Source: Antedon mediterranea (Eukaryota > Animalia > Echinodermata). From it: DNA of 64,000 bases. Position 1 is the first letter of the stretch; each line of letters begins with the position of its first letter. This document shows, in pieces, positions 63,901 through 64,000 of the stretch. The translations under genes were made by a program, and so were the position numbers. Under the pieces are notes generated by a model. That model saw nothing but the letters and a program-made list of their open reading frames with translations, had not been told where the DNA came from and searched no databases. The DNA is taken from positions 9,856,352 to 9,920,351 of the forward strand of contig NC_092678.1 of the NCBI RefSeq assembly GCF_964355755.1, read 5' to 3'.

Positions 63901-64000
63901 CGAAAATCACAAAATTGTCTAAAACGTCTCCGAATGCGATTTGAAGCTCTTCTGTACACTTTGATGTTTTGTGTGAAAAAGTTTTTTCGAAATGCTAAAA
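18969..64000. repeat. AT-rich tandem satellite array, right arm (same family and orientation)
   Basis: The satellite resumes at ATTTTG-TGCTCTTTGATG (18969 onward), completing the monomer interrupted at 12120. The same monomer classes continue to the end of the window. Confidence 0.98.
47977..60096 (+). repeat. Near-identical duplicate of window positions 1-12120 (offset 47976)
   Basis: ORF-track markers shift by exactly 47976 (1345>49321, 2237>50213, 3996>51972, 6710>54686). Rare variants such as AAGTAATTTCG and TTAACATGTT are shared. Only a few substitutions were noticed (e.g. 6915 G versus 54891 C). Confidence 0.9.

Overview
Eukaryotic satellite DNA interrupted by one retroelement. About 57 kb of the window is a single AT-rich tandem satellite (monomers of about 86-88 bp plus a 77-78 bp variant). 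It is all in one orientation and is built from a few monomer classes shuffled by nested block duplications (offsets of 425, 1000, 2587, 3798, 7633 and 47976 bp). One apparently intact, young tyrosine-recombinase (YR) retrotransposon of the Ngaro/split-direct-repeat type is inserted at 12115-18974 on the minus strand. Its order is A1 - SGNH hydrolase - minisatellite - gag - RT/RNase H - YR - hairpin array - B1 - A2 - spacer - B2. The same 6-bp core ATTTTG occurs at both element ends, at the internal B1/A2 junction, and once at an empty paralogous satellite site (60091-60096). The most unusual features lie inside the element: (i) a 3' array of 11 regularly spaced, alternating bulged hairpins with compensatory stem changes and less conserved ~25-35 nt spacers directly downstream of the recombinase; (ii) an inverted copy of the circle-junction sequence between A2 and B2; (iii) a hydrolase ORF placed 5' of gag; (iv) candidate splice sites bracketing an AP-1/GATA-motif minisatellite; (v) a TAATG stop-start overlap between pol and YR. 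Everything was read by eye with no database searches, and the host species cannot be identified from this sequence.
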